From a bacterium (GTDB lineage Bacteria > Patescibacteriota > Minisyncoccia > Minisyncoccales > JAZDGI01), in NCBI GenBank assembly GCA_043807085.1, contig JAZDGI010000012.1, positions 1 through 53,731 of the forward strand: a stretch of DNA of 53,731 bases. The letters run 5' to 3'. Shown here piece by piece: positions 9,101 through 16,369 of this stretch. The translations under genes and the position numbers were made by a program. Position 1 is the stretch's first letter, and each line of letters opens with the position of its first letter. The notes below the pieces were generated by a model, which saw only the letters and a list, made by a program, of their open reading frames with translations, ran no database searches and was not told where the DNA came from.

Positions 9101-10702
9101 GCTAAAGGCACGACAACAACCGGAAACGTTCCTGCTTTCTTCTTTGGAGTTGCTACCACGACCGGATCGTCAATTGATATTTCCGGCTCTGGCGTCCTAT
9201 CAGGATTAGCAGCCACCTTTGCTATGTCAGCAGGAGGCGTTGGTTCTCAGCCAATGTACTTTGGTTCAGCCGGCAGTTTGGTTGTGGCGCTTGACACCAA
9301 CACTCCGAATTCATCAGTTGTTATGGAAGGAACCACAGCTACTCTTGGCAAGTGGAAGTTCACTGGCGTTAACGAAGGCATTAAAATTTCTAAGTTGAGA
9401 TTTGATGTCCGCCACAGCGATTTGGCTTCAACGACTGTTTATGTCACGGAAGCCAGACTTCTCGCCTTGGCAACCAGCACCAGATTGGCGAAAGATTATG
9501 CCTTTGACTATTCCATTAATAACGCCGCGACCGAGACCTGCTCTTTTGCATGGGATTCGCCGACCACGACTGCTGCTACCGACCGATTCATCGCTTATAT
9601 AAACTCGGCCAGCTCAAGCTGCGCCGCTGATATCGCTGCTGCCGCTGCCACAACGACTGACGCCGCTGTTATTCTTTACGCTTCGCCTTCTGGAAATTCC
9701 TTAATGATTTACGACTATCCCAATCCTTACGGCGGAGGTAATAATGCCAGCAACGTGGCTGACAACCTGCGAATCGGTTTGAAATACGGCCCAGCTGATG
9801 CGACCGGCCGTGAAGTTATTTCCAGATACGAAGGCGCTGATTCCAGCTTGGTTGCCGGAAAAGTTGCCATTTGGGACGGAACCACTAAATTAGCTGAAAC
9901 CAGCTTAAGCGGTTCTGTTAATAGTCAGGCAATCTTTACCTTCACTCCGGAAATTGAAATTCCCAAAGGCAGTAAGGTTCTAACTCTAACAGCCGATCTC
10001 ACAGATTATATGGCCGCGGTTGAAGGAAGTACCATTCTGTTCAGTATCGGCACTTCAACCGTTACCAGCGCTTCAGACACAGACTACATTACTGCTAAAG
10101 GAGCTAGCTCTAACACGCCTCTTACCAGCGCCAGCATTACTATGGACGCTGAAAAAGCCAGCAACGAAATGTGGATTTACGCCACTTATCCGACTGTTTC
10201 GCTGAATGCCTCTTCGCCTTCAGGCGCCCAGACAGCCAACGCTATGGCCGAGGTCTTCAGGTTTGATGTCAAGAATATCAATCCTTCAATTAGCCTGGAC
10301 ATTAATGCCATCAGATTTACTCTGAACACTAATGCTTCTTCGGCTATTTCAGACAAGACCTTCAGGCTCTACAATAAATCCACTGACCCGACTATGAACA
10401 CTATTATCGGGACCACGGTTTCTTGGGGAACTGGCACGAGCACGGCTGTTACTCTGTACGCTACAATCTATCCTTATAGGGACTACACAGTGCCGGAAGG
10501 AACAACGTTCACCTATGTCTTGAAGGCCAATACCTCATCTATGAATGAAGGCACTTCAAAGACTGAAACTCTGACAGTCAGCATTGAAGACGGCGACTTT
10601 TACTGGGATGATTCATCGGGCGTAATGGATGGAGTCAATGCCGCCAATGCCAATCAGAAGGTTCTGAACCTGCCGGTTACCGGAGGCACTCTGCAGTACT
10701 AA
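6164..10702 (+). CDS. 1512-aa secreted S-layer-like surface protein: signal peptide, coiled coil, peptidoglycan-binding-like domain, PT linker, about 7 beta-sandwich repeats
   Basis: Signal peptide (...VGPGTVQA/LTA). LQAQISTLLAQLTQLQSQL coiled coil. LSQGMSGNDAKCLQALLN...FFGALTKAAVVKLQ...FFGPSTR is PG_binding_1-like. Ser/Thr/Ala/Gly-rich. Recurring NxKL(Y/W/F)DG motif. Codons look visibly more C-ending than in neighbours. Confidence 0.8.
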   Translation: MSNITKKIIACVTALTVSVWLVGPGTVQALTADELQAQISTLLAQLTQLQSQLSTLQGQSTTGSGSSLAACSGITFDRNLSQGMSGNDAKCLQALLNQSSDTKIASSGAGSPGNETTFFGALTKAAVVKLQEKYKAEILTPVGLTAGTGFFGPSTRTKANSLLSSGVPTTPTTPTTPTTPTTPVGGENKVYLAADTPSARSVAKGAQNVTFAKINFCAASEANTVSKLTFSRTGIAADADISNVKLWEGITQVGSTQAINSTTHKAVFSSLSWTIAANSCRVLTLTASIANGATAGDTPKLEIVSASDITSTVALDGVFPIQSNSFTIAGIAVGALNVATTTPSGSVVAGGQEQGIAGFILTASSSEGVKVTSIKITEVGSSVNDDLSNVKLMYQSAQLGSTVAALDAAGAAVFDLTAAPLELLAGTSKTLTVYVDVGSGTGIKDRTIQFEITDKNHISAFGTNSGGSILSWGASGVWSTTNDAWPQKAASITVNLGSLTVAQDTAYSPSAQQYTRGTSQNKVVAFKFTSGANEDVRISSLKLRSASGAGLPDASIANITLYDAVTGEQLKDTAGNLIPAAGMSSAYVTFGSYTTGLDTVGLFDVPKSTFKSILVKADIPQGAATATAIFGLEINNPTTQIWADGINSKNDIPAASINAGSATKVPSTALTHDIIEKGTLTVAPSSQTPASANYGVGISSFTIAKFDLTATGEDINVTQFNVLFATNTAGNATTTVADSADVNNIKLYDGSTLLASDSQVSTGYAEFAVNFDVAKATTKTLTVVVDIPTGSDAGGLQAWLEKASDVSATGRSSNVTITATAASWSLVKGNVMTKGTPIVTVRAATTPASQTYIQNATQVSVLSLLLTATPTEDVKITRIQIAVDATSSATSTVGTASTTFSYGDPTGVVVTVASSTTGLGTESVKDYFANMKLFDGSTQVGNNAPTITDGTAYDYADFTGLNLVITKGTTKVITVKVDVAKGTTTTGNVPAFFFGVATTTGSSIDISGSGVLSGLAATFAMSAGGVGSQPMYFGSAGSLVVALDTNTPNSSVVMEGTTATLGKWKFTGVNEGIKISKLRFDVRHSDLASTTVYVTEARLLALATSTRLAKDYAFDYSINNAATETCSFAWDSPTTTAATDRFIAYINSASSSCAADIAAAAATTTDAAVILYASPSGNSLMIYDYPNPYGGGNNASNVADNLRIGLKYGPADATGREVISRYEGADSSLVAGKVAIWDGTTKLAETSLSGSVNSQAIFTFTPEIEIPKGSKVLTLTADLTDYMAAVEGSTILFSIGTSTVTSASDTDYITAKGASSNTPLTSASITMDAEKASNEMWIYATYPTVSLNASSPSGAQTANAMAEVFRFDVKNINPSISLDINAIRFTLNTNASSAISDKTFRLYNKSTDPTMNTIIGTTVSWGTGTSTAVTLYATIYPYRDYTVPEGTTFTYVLKANTSSMNEGTSKTETLTVSIEDGDFYWDDSSGVMDGVNAANANQKVLNLPVTGGTLQY
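6665..6712 (+). repeat. 9-bp tandem repeat (ACTCCAACC x3 plus degenerate units) encoding a PTT linker
   Basis: ccgacc-actccaacc-actccaacc-actccaacc-actccgact-acccct = PTTPTTPTTPTTPTTP. Confidence 0.9.
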
Positions 10703-10737
10703 AGACACGAAGCTCTTTTTACCCTTCCTTGTGGGGT

Positions 10738-10774
10738 AACCGAAAAACCGCTCCTTTGGGAGCGGTTTTCGGTT
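10738..10774 (+). terminator. Intrinsic terminator after the S-layer-like gene
   Basis: AACCGAAAAACCGCTCC-TTTG-GGAGCGGTTTTCGGTT, a 16-bp stem with one bulged A. A smaller TTACCC...GGGTAA hairpin lies at 10719-10739. Confidence 0.85.
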
Positions 10775-10821
10775 GGCCGGGTCTTTTATTTTTTATTATT
10801 TTTTTGTATTATTAAAAAAGC

Positions 10822-12507
10822 ATGCGGTTTAAGATATTTTTAATTTTTTTTGCGGTTTTTCTAATTCCTCTTCCTGCTCAAGCGACAGAAGGAGAGTTTA
10901 ATGTTGATCCTTCTTACGATTATTTGGCGCGGAGCAAGGTAAGCGCCTTTTTATACCAGATAGGAGAGAATGCTTATTTTTATGTTGAAGAAGGATACTA
11001 TAATAATTTGGACATAGACAAGAAAAAAGAATTTTCCGAAGCCATCAAAAATTTGTCGCAGGAGTTTGATAATAAAATTTATCCGAAATTAAAAGAAGTT
11101 TTCGGTTCGGAGCCTAATCCGGGGATTGACAAAGACCCAAGACTGATAGTCTTAATAACTCAAATAAAAGGGGAGGCGGGCGGTTATTTTAATTCCGGAG
11201 ACGAATATCCCAAAGCCCAATCGCCTGATTCCAACGAGCGCGAAATGCTTTATCTTAACGCGACCTATATTGCCAGTCCTTTGGTCAAAAGCTATTTGGC
11301 GCATGAGTTCACTCATTTAATAATTTTTAACCAGAAAAACAATCTTCATAATGTTGAGGAAGAAGTTTGGCTGAACGAAGCCAGGGCTGAAGCCGCTGTA
11401 TCTCTGCTTGGCTATGATTTGAATTATCAGGGATCCAATCTTCAAAAAAGAGTCAGGACTTTTTCCCAGAATCCGACCGATCCTTTGACCGAGTGGAAAA
11501 ACCTGGCACCGGATTACGGCGTGGCGAATATTTTCGTTCAGTATCTGCTTGACCATTATGACGTGAAAATACTTTCTGATTCTTTGCATTCGGATAAAAT
11601 CGGCATTGCCTCTCTGGACGAGGTTTTGCAAAGAAGCGGGTCGGTTAAAAATTTTGCCCAGATTTTTACCGATTGGTCAATTGCCGTTTTGGTCAACGAC
11701 TGCAGTTTGGGCAGAGAATACTGCTATTTAAATCCAAATTTGCAAAACCTAAGGATTCTGCCCAAGTTAAACTATCTGCCCCTGTCGGACGAAAGCGTTT
11801 TAACGGTAATAGATTATACAAAAAACTGGGCTGGCAATTGGATTAAGTTTATCGGCGGCCGCGGCACGTTAAAGCTTGAATTTGTCGGGGAAACCGGCGA
11901 AAAATTTAACGTTCCGTATCTGACAAAAAATTTTTACGGAAATTATTCTATTAGTTTTTTCAATCTGGACAACAATCAGCGGGGGATAGTCTACCTTCCG
12001 GGGTTCGGCAGGGATTATGAGTCTTTGGTCATTGTTCCCTCTTTGCAAAAGAAAACAGCTGGTTTTGACGGGCTGGAATCTTTTCATAAATTTATCTGGT
12101 CAACCTCTTTGACAAACGAAGAGACTCCTCAAAAAGAGCAGGAAGCTAAATTGATTCAGCAGCTTTTGTCCCAGATTGAGTCTTTGAAAAAAGAGATTGC
12201 GATTGCGCAGGCAAAAATAAGCGCGATTTTGCTAGCTCGCCAAAAGCCGGTTTCTCCGAATAGCGGGCTGGCTTGCCCCGCCTTTAGCCAAGATCTTTAT
12301 TTCGGCCTGGCGGATAACAGCGAAGTCAGATGCTTGCAAAAGTTTTTGTTAAACCAGGGTCCGGAGATTTATCCCGAAGGTTTGATTACCGGCAACTTCG
12401 GAGCTTTAACTAAAGCCGCTTTAATCCGTTTTCAGAAAAAAAACTCAATCCCGGGCACAGGCTATTTTGGGCCTTTAACCCGTCAGTTGCTTAATTCGTC
12501 TGATTAG
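10822..12507 (+). CDS. Secreted zinc metallopeptidase (HExxH, gluzincin-type) with C-terminal coiled coil and peptidoglycan-binding-like domain
   Basis: Signal peptide; LAHEFTHLI...WLNEARAE. C-terminus VRCLQKFL...ITGNFGALTKAALIRFQ...GYFGPLTR. Confidence 0.78.
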   Translation: MRFKIFLIFFAVFLIPLPAQATEGEFNVDPSYDYLARSKVSAFLYQIGENAYFYVEEGYYNNLDIDKKKEFSEAIKNLSQEFDNKIYPKLKEVFGSEPNPGIDKDPRLIVLITQIKGEAGGYFNSGDEYPKAQSPDSNEREMLYLNATYIASPLVKSYLAHEFTHLIIFNQKNNLHNVEEEVWLNEARAEAAVSLLGYDLNYQGSNLQKRVRTFSQNPTDPLTEWKNLAPDYGVANIFVQYLLDHYDVKILSDSLHSDKIGIASLDEVLQRSGSVKNFAQIFTDWSIAVLVNDCSLGREYCYLNPNLQNLRILPKLNYLPLSDESVLTVIDYTKNWAGNWIKFIGGRGTLKLEFVGETGEKFNVPYLTKNFYGNYSISFFNLDNNQRGIVYLPGFGRDYESLVIVPSLQKKTAGFDGLESFHKFIWSTSLTNEETPQKEQEAKLIQQLLSQIESLKKEIAIAQAKISAILLARQKPVSPNSGLACPAFSQDLYFGLADNSEVRCLQKFLLNQGPEIYPEGLITGNFGALTKAALIRFQKKNSIPGTGYFGPLTRQLLNSSD

Positions 12508-12533
12508 TGTTGTGTGAGCCTTGTTGACCCCTC

Positions 12534-12562
12534 TTGACACCTCCTCTTGAGTGCTCTATTAT
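12534..12562 (+). promoter_or_regulatory. Near-consensus sigma70 promoter heading the glycan locus
   Basis: TTGACA (12534-12539), 17 nt, TATTAT (12557-12562). Confidence 0.75.
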
Positions 12563-12590
12563 AGGGGTAGATAATCTTTTTGTGATATTA

Positions 12591-12621
12591 GACATTTCCC
12601 GCTAGAGGCGGGTGTCTTTTT
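12591..12621 (+). promoter_or_regulatory. Leader hairpin followed by a T-tract (attenuator/terminator-like)
   Basis: GACA-ttt-CCCGC-tagag-GCGGG-TGTC-TTTTT, located between the promoter and the first ATG (12629). Confidence 0.5.
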
Positions 12622-12628
12622 ATGATTT

Positions 12629-12874
12629 ATGCCAGAGATTAAGCCAAACGAAATCTATACGACCCAAGAGGCCCAAACCTTTCTAAAAGTAAGCAAAAGC
12701 ACAATTAAAAGATTTCTGAAGGGAGGAATTATCAGGGCTTACAAGGTTGGCGGAAGCTACCGGATCTGGGGCAGCGAAATTTTGCGTTTGGTTTCGCCGG
12801 AAGTGGAATCCAAAGTTTACCGGGTTTACAAAAAGGTCAAAGATAAAACAAGAGAAACTCTGGAAAAATGGTAA
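12629..12874 (+). CDS. Small helix-turn-helix DNA-binding protein (excisionase/MerR-like HTH_17)
   Basis: YTTQEAQTFLKVSKSTIKRFLKGGIIRAYKVGGSYRI; 81 aa. Confidence 0.85.
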   Translation: MPEIKPNEIYTTQEAQTFLKVSKSTIKRFLKGGIIRAYKVGGSYRIWGSEILRLVSPEVESKVYRVYKKVKDKTRETLEKW

Positions 12875-13326
12875 ATAGAAACAAAAAAATCATTGTGGCG
12901 GTCAGCGGCGGATTTGACCCACTGCACGTTGGCCATGTCAGACTATTCAGAAAGGCTAAGAGCTTGGGCGATAAATTAGTGGTTATTTTAAATAACGATA
13001 ATTGGCTGAAGCAGAAAAAAGGATTTTCTTTCATTCCCGAAGAAGAGCGCAAAGAAATAATTGAATCTTTAAAATGGGTGGACAAGGTTATATTGACAAA
13101 ACACCGCTCGGGAACGAAAGATAAAACCGTTTGCCGAGAGCTGGAAGAGCTAAGTCCGAATATTTTTGCCAACGGCGGAGACAGGACGGACAAAAACGTT
13201 CCGGAAGTCGCGATTTGCCAAAAAATAAATTGCCAAATGGTTTTTAATGTCGGCGAAGGCGGAAAGGTCCAATCGAGTTCTTGGTTATTGAAAAAATTTC
13301 TCAAAGATGCCAGAAAACAAAATTAA
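12868..13326 (+). CDS. Cytidylyl/adenylyltransferase (HIGH-motif, TagD-like family)
   Basis: VSGGFDPLHVGH, VVILNND, ANGGD, KVQSSS. Confidence 0.85.
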   Translation: MVNRNKKIIVAVSGGFDPLHVGHVRLFRKAKSLGDKLVVILNNDNWLKQKKGFSFIPEEERKEIIESLKWVDKVILTKHRSGTKDKTVCRELEELSPNIFANGGDRTDKNVPEVAICQKINCQMVFNVGEGGKVQSSSWLLKKFLKDARKQN

Positions 13327-14032
13327 AATTGGGATATTGGGATATGGCGAGGTGGGGCAGGCGATTGCCAAGTTTTATTCTAAGCCGAAGATAAAAGACC
13401 TGGCCAGAAATGACGGCTTGGAAGGAGTTGACATTCTTAACGTTTGCCTTCCCTGGAGCAAAAATTTTGTCAGCATAGTTAAAAAAGAAATAAAAAAAAT
13501 AAGGCCTAAGCTGACAATCATCCACTCAACTGTCGCCCCGGGAGCGACAAAGAAAATCGGAGGCGCGGTCGTTCACAGTCCGGTCAGAGGGGTTCATCCA
13601 AAGCTTTTTGAAGGAATCAAGACCTTTGTCAAATACATAGGAGCTGACAATAAAAAAGCCGGCAAAATGGCGCAAGACCATCTGCAAGGATTAGGCATCA
13701 AGACTAAAATATTTTATCCTTCAATGACCACGGAAATCGCCAAGCTTTTGGACACCACTTATTACGGCCTGTGTATTGCATGGCACGGCGAAATGAAAAA
13801 AATGTGCGATAAATTCGGCGTCAGTTTTGACGAGGCCATCAGTGATTTTAACAAGACTTATAACGAGGGCTATGCAAAACTTGGCAAAACAAACGTTATC
13901 AGGCCGGTTCTCTATCCTCCCGCAGGCGGCATCAAAGGCCATTGTGTTGTGGCCAACGCCAAAATCCTTAAAAAATATTTTAAAAAAAGCCGGGCATTGG
14001 ATTTCCTGCTGGAGTATAAGCCCAAAAATTAA
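13307..14032 (+). CDS. Short nucleotide-sugar dehydrogenase-like protein (UDP-Glc/GDP-Man dehydrogenase family) lacking the C-terminal domain
   Basis: GYGEVG Rossmann motif, IHSTVAPG, TEIAKLLDT, GGIKGHC (catalytic Cys position); only 241 aa. Confidence 0.7.
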   Translation: MPENKIKIGILGYGEVGQAIAKFYSKPKIKDLARNDGLEGVDILNVCLPWSKNFVSIVKKEIKKIRPKLTIIHSTVAPGATKKIGGAVVHSPVRGVHPKLFEGIKTFVKYIGADNKKAGKMAQDHLQGLGIKTKIFYPSMTTEIAKLLDTTYYGLCIAWHGEMKKMCDKFGVSFDEAISDFNKTYNEGYAKLGKTNVIRPVLYPPAGGIKGHCVVANAKILKKYFKKSRALDFLLEYKPKN

Positions 14033-14034
14033 CT

Positions 14035-15168
14035 ATGAAAAATATAATTATTATTGTTATTGACGCCTTCAGGCCAAAAAATTTGAGCTTATTCGGCTAT
14101 GCTAAAGAAACTGATAAAAACTTAAAAGCGATTGCCAAAGAAGGATTTTTTCTCAAGAATTTTTTTTCCAGCTCAAATGCCACCGCTCCTTCTTTGATGT
14201 CTATTTTCACCGGCCGGCTTCCGTCAAATCACGGAATAGTGCATCAGTTTCCTTATACTAAGGATGAGGAAGTTGAGAAAATGTACCGAGAGAGGAAATT
14301 TTGGCTCCCTTCTTTTTTGAAAAGCAAAGGATATGAGACCATTGCCGTAGATTGGCTGGGGATGTTTTTTGAAGACGGGTTTGATTATTACAAAGAAAGG
14401 GAAGATTGGCAGGGAGAATTGAAAACCTTTACTAAATTTTCTCCGGCCAAAGATACTATGGATTTGGCTATTTCTAAAATAGCAACAGCCCAAAAGCCAT
14501 TTTTTGCCTTTGTTCATTTTTGGGACACCCATTTCCCGTTTCTGACGACAGAATATCGGGGAACACCGGCTAAAGACATCAGCGAAGTCCTAGAGGGGAT
14601 AAATGGCGATTCTCAAAAAGAGCATTATAAAAAAAGGGTTATGGTTGAAGGCAACGCTCTTTACCCAGTCAGCGGCATGATTGAAAAATACGACGAAGCC
14701 ATTAAAGAGGTTGATAAGCAAATTGGCAAGCTTGAGCAATATCTAAAAGAGAACAATCTTTGGGACAACACGATTTTTATGGTCCTCGGCGATCACGGAA
14801 CCAATTTGACGGAGCATAATATTTATTTCAGCTCCTGCTCGCTTTTTGACGAAACAATTCACGCTCCATTTATCGCTCGTTTTCCGGGCATAACCAAAGA
14901 AGAAACAGAAAGTTTTGTCCAAAATACCGATATTACGCCCACTATCTTAGAATTAATCGGCCAAAAGCCGGAGATGCTAAGTGACGGAAAATCAATGCTT
15001 GACAACAAAGAAAGGGATAAGGTTTTCTTTTTTGACGGGCTGGCCGAAGATATCAGCGGAGAAAGAACAAAAACTAAAAAAATAATTATTGCCAAAGGTC
15101 GAAAATGCCATCTTTGCAAATCGGAACACCACCAGGAAAGGGAAGAATGCGATTTGCAACAGGCTTAA
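14035..15168 (+). CDS. Sulfatase-like / alkaline-phosphatase-superfamily hydrolase or transferase 1
   Basis: IVIDAFRP, TAPSLMSIFTG, HFWDTH, YDEAIKEVD, GDHG. No CxPxR motif. Confidence 0.8.
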   Translation: MKNIIIIVIDAFRPKNLSLFGYAKETDKNLKAIAKEGFFLKNFFSSSNATAPSLMSIFTGRLPSNHGIVHQFPYTKDEEVEKMYRERKFWLPSFLKSKGYETIAVDWLGMFFEDGFDYYKEREDWQGELKTFTKFSPAKDTMDLAISKIATAQKPFFAFVHFWDTHFPFLTTEYRGTPAKDISEVLEGINGDSQKEHYKKRVMVEGNALYPVSGMIEKYDEAIKEVDKQIGKLEQYLKENNLWDNTIFMVLGDHGTNLTEHNIYFSSCSLFDETIHAPFIARFPGITKEETESFVQNTDITPTILELIGQKPEMLSDGKSMLDNKERDKVFFFDGLAEDISGERTKTKKIIIAKGRKCHLCKSEHHQEREECDLQQA

Positions 15169-15197
15169 TTAATAATTAACTAATAATTATTTACGAT

Positions 15198-15959
15198 ATG
15201 AGCGCTATAAATTTTACTTCAGCGAGAACAAAAGGATGTGAAGAACTGATGAATCCCGAAGCTAGGGAATGTCTCAATCTTTCATTAGACGAAAAAGTCA
15301 AAAAAAGCCAAAGCGTTATAAGGGAGGCCTTGGAAAAGTATTCTAAGGTGGGATTAGGGTTTAGCGGCGGCACCGACAGTCTGGTTTTATTGCATTTGGT
15401 TCTGTCTTTGAAACCCGATATCACGACTATTTACGTTGATACGCAAGATGATTTTCCCGAATGCCACGAATTTGTGGAAAAAATAAGAAAAGAATGGAAT
15501 TTAATTGACCATCATGAGGCCAAGGCAGAGACAAAAAGATTTGACGAATTCAAGGAGAAGTTCGGCTTAAAGAGCCCGGAGTTTACTACGGTCTGCTGCA
15601 ACCATCACAAAATAAGCCCGATGATGAAAGCTATCGGCGATTCTGGATTTGACGCTTTTTTTGTCGGCTTGAGAGGGGTTGAACACGAAGAAAGGGCCAA
15701 GGAAACTTTCTTTTCTCCGAGAAAAAACCCTGATCATATGAGAGTGCACCCTCTTTTGTTTTGGCGAAAGGACGATATCTTGGAGTATGTCAAAAAGAAT
15801 AATATAGAATGCAACCCCCTTTATAAGCTAGGCTATACTTCTTTGGGCTGCGTTATGTGCACCGAAAAAAATCTTGATCCCAATGCCCACGAGCGAGCCG
15901 GTCGAGGCAGGGTCAGAGAAGAGATTATGAAAAGATTAAGAGATCTCGGTTATACGTAA
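15198..15959 (+). CDS. PP-loop PAPS-reductase-family protein, most similar in motif pattern to sulfate adenylyltransferase subunit 2 (CysD-like)
   Basis: FSGGTDS, CC, GLRGVEHEERAKETFFSPR, RVHPLL, YTSLGCVMC, ERAGR...RLRDLGY. Lacks the C-terminal ECG(L/I)H motif of APS/PAPS reductases. Confidence 0.7.
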   Translation: MSAINFTSARTKGCEELMNPEARECLNLSLDEKVKKSQSVIREALEKYSKVGLGFSGGTDSLVLLHLVLSLKPDITTIYVDTQDDFPECHEFVEKIRKEWNLIDHHEAKAETKRFDEFKEKFGLKSPEFTTVCCNHHKISPMMKAIGDSGFDAFFVGLRGVEHEERAKETFFSPRKNPDHMRVHPLLFWRKDDILEYVKKNNIECNPLYKLGYTSLGCVMCTEKNLDPNAHERAGRGRVREEIMKRLRDLGYT

Positions 15960-15978
15960 AAATCGCTATCGGCAATTT

Positions 15979-16368
15979 ATGGAAAAAAACATCTATATCC
16001 TGCGAAAAACCAGAGACGAATTCAAGAACGCGGCGATATTATGGACGGCGAATAAGGATTCCGATCAGCTTTTATCTTTGTGCAAAAAAGCATTTTTCGG
16101 GAAAGTGCCTTTTCCGATAATTTGCCTTGGAGATTGCCGCGGCGGCGAAATTGCCAAAGAGCAGGGGGTTAATTTAATATCCGGCGAAGCTGGAACGTTG
16201 AAAAAAACGGTTGACGAGCGCGGGCTTGACGCTCTCGTGGTTCTTAATGATTTTGATCCAGCCGTTGATCTGCCGGGCGTTTCTTTAATCAAGATCAATC
16301 TTTCCCCCGAGAAGGCCAATGAAAAAGAAGAAATAATGCGCAGGCTGCGCGATCTCGGCTATAGGTAA
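15979..16368 (+). CDS. Miniature degenerate CysD-like protein (129 aa)
   Basis: IYILR...FKNAAILWTANKDS...LCKKAFFGKVPFPII matches the CysD N-terminus. Ends KEEIMRRLRDLGY, like the upstream gene. Central catalytic motifs are missing. Confidence 0.6.
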   Translation: MEKNIYILRKTRDEFKNAAILWTANKDSDQLLSLCKKAFFGKVPFPIICLGDCRGGEIAKEQGVNLISGEAGTLKKTVDERGLDALVVLNDFDPAVDLPGVSLIKINLSPEKANEKEEIMRRLRDLGYR

Positions 16369-16369
16369 T

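Noticed and set aside
6164-10702. N-glycosylation of the S-layer-like protein (many N-x-S/T sequons)
   Set aside because: Sequons are expected in a Ser/Thr/Asn-rich protein, and no PglB/AglB oligosaccharyltransferase is in the window.
12591-12616. Canonical ops/JUMPstart element
   Set aside because: GGCGGGTG differs from GGCGGTAG and the JUMPstart flanks are absent; kept only as a generic leader hairpin.
12629-12874. Prophage/integrative element suggested by the excisionase-like HTH
   Set aside because: No integrase, phage genes or att-like flanks; the gene is translationally coupled to the glycan operon.
15165-15190. TAATAATTA repeat as a regulatory site
   Set aside because: Low-complexity AT tract with no supporting context.
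15198-15959. Assimilatory APS/PAPS reductase (CysH)
   Set aside because: It has CC and CxxC but lacks the C-terminal ECG(L/I)H catalytic motif; RAKExFFSPR and ERAGR...RLRDLGY fit CysD better.
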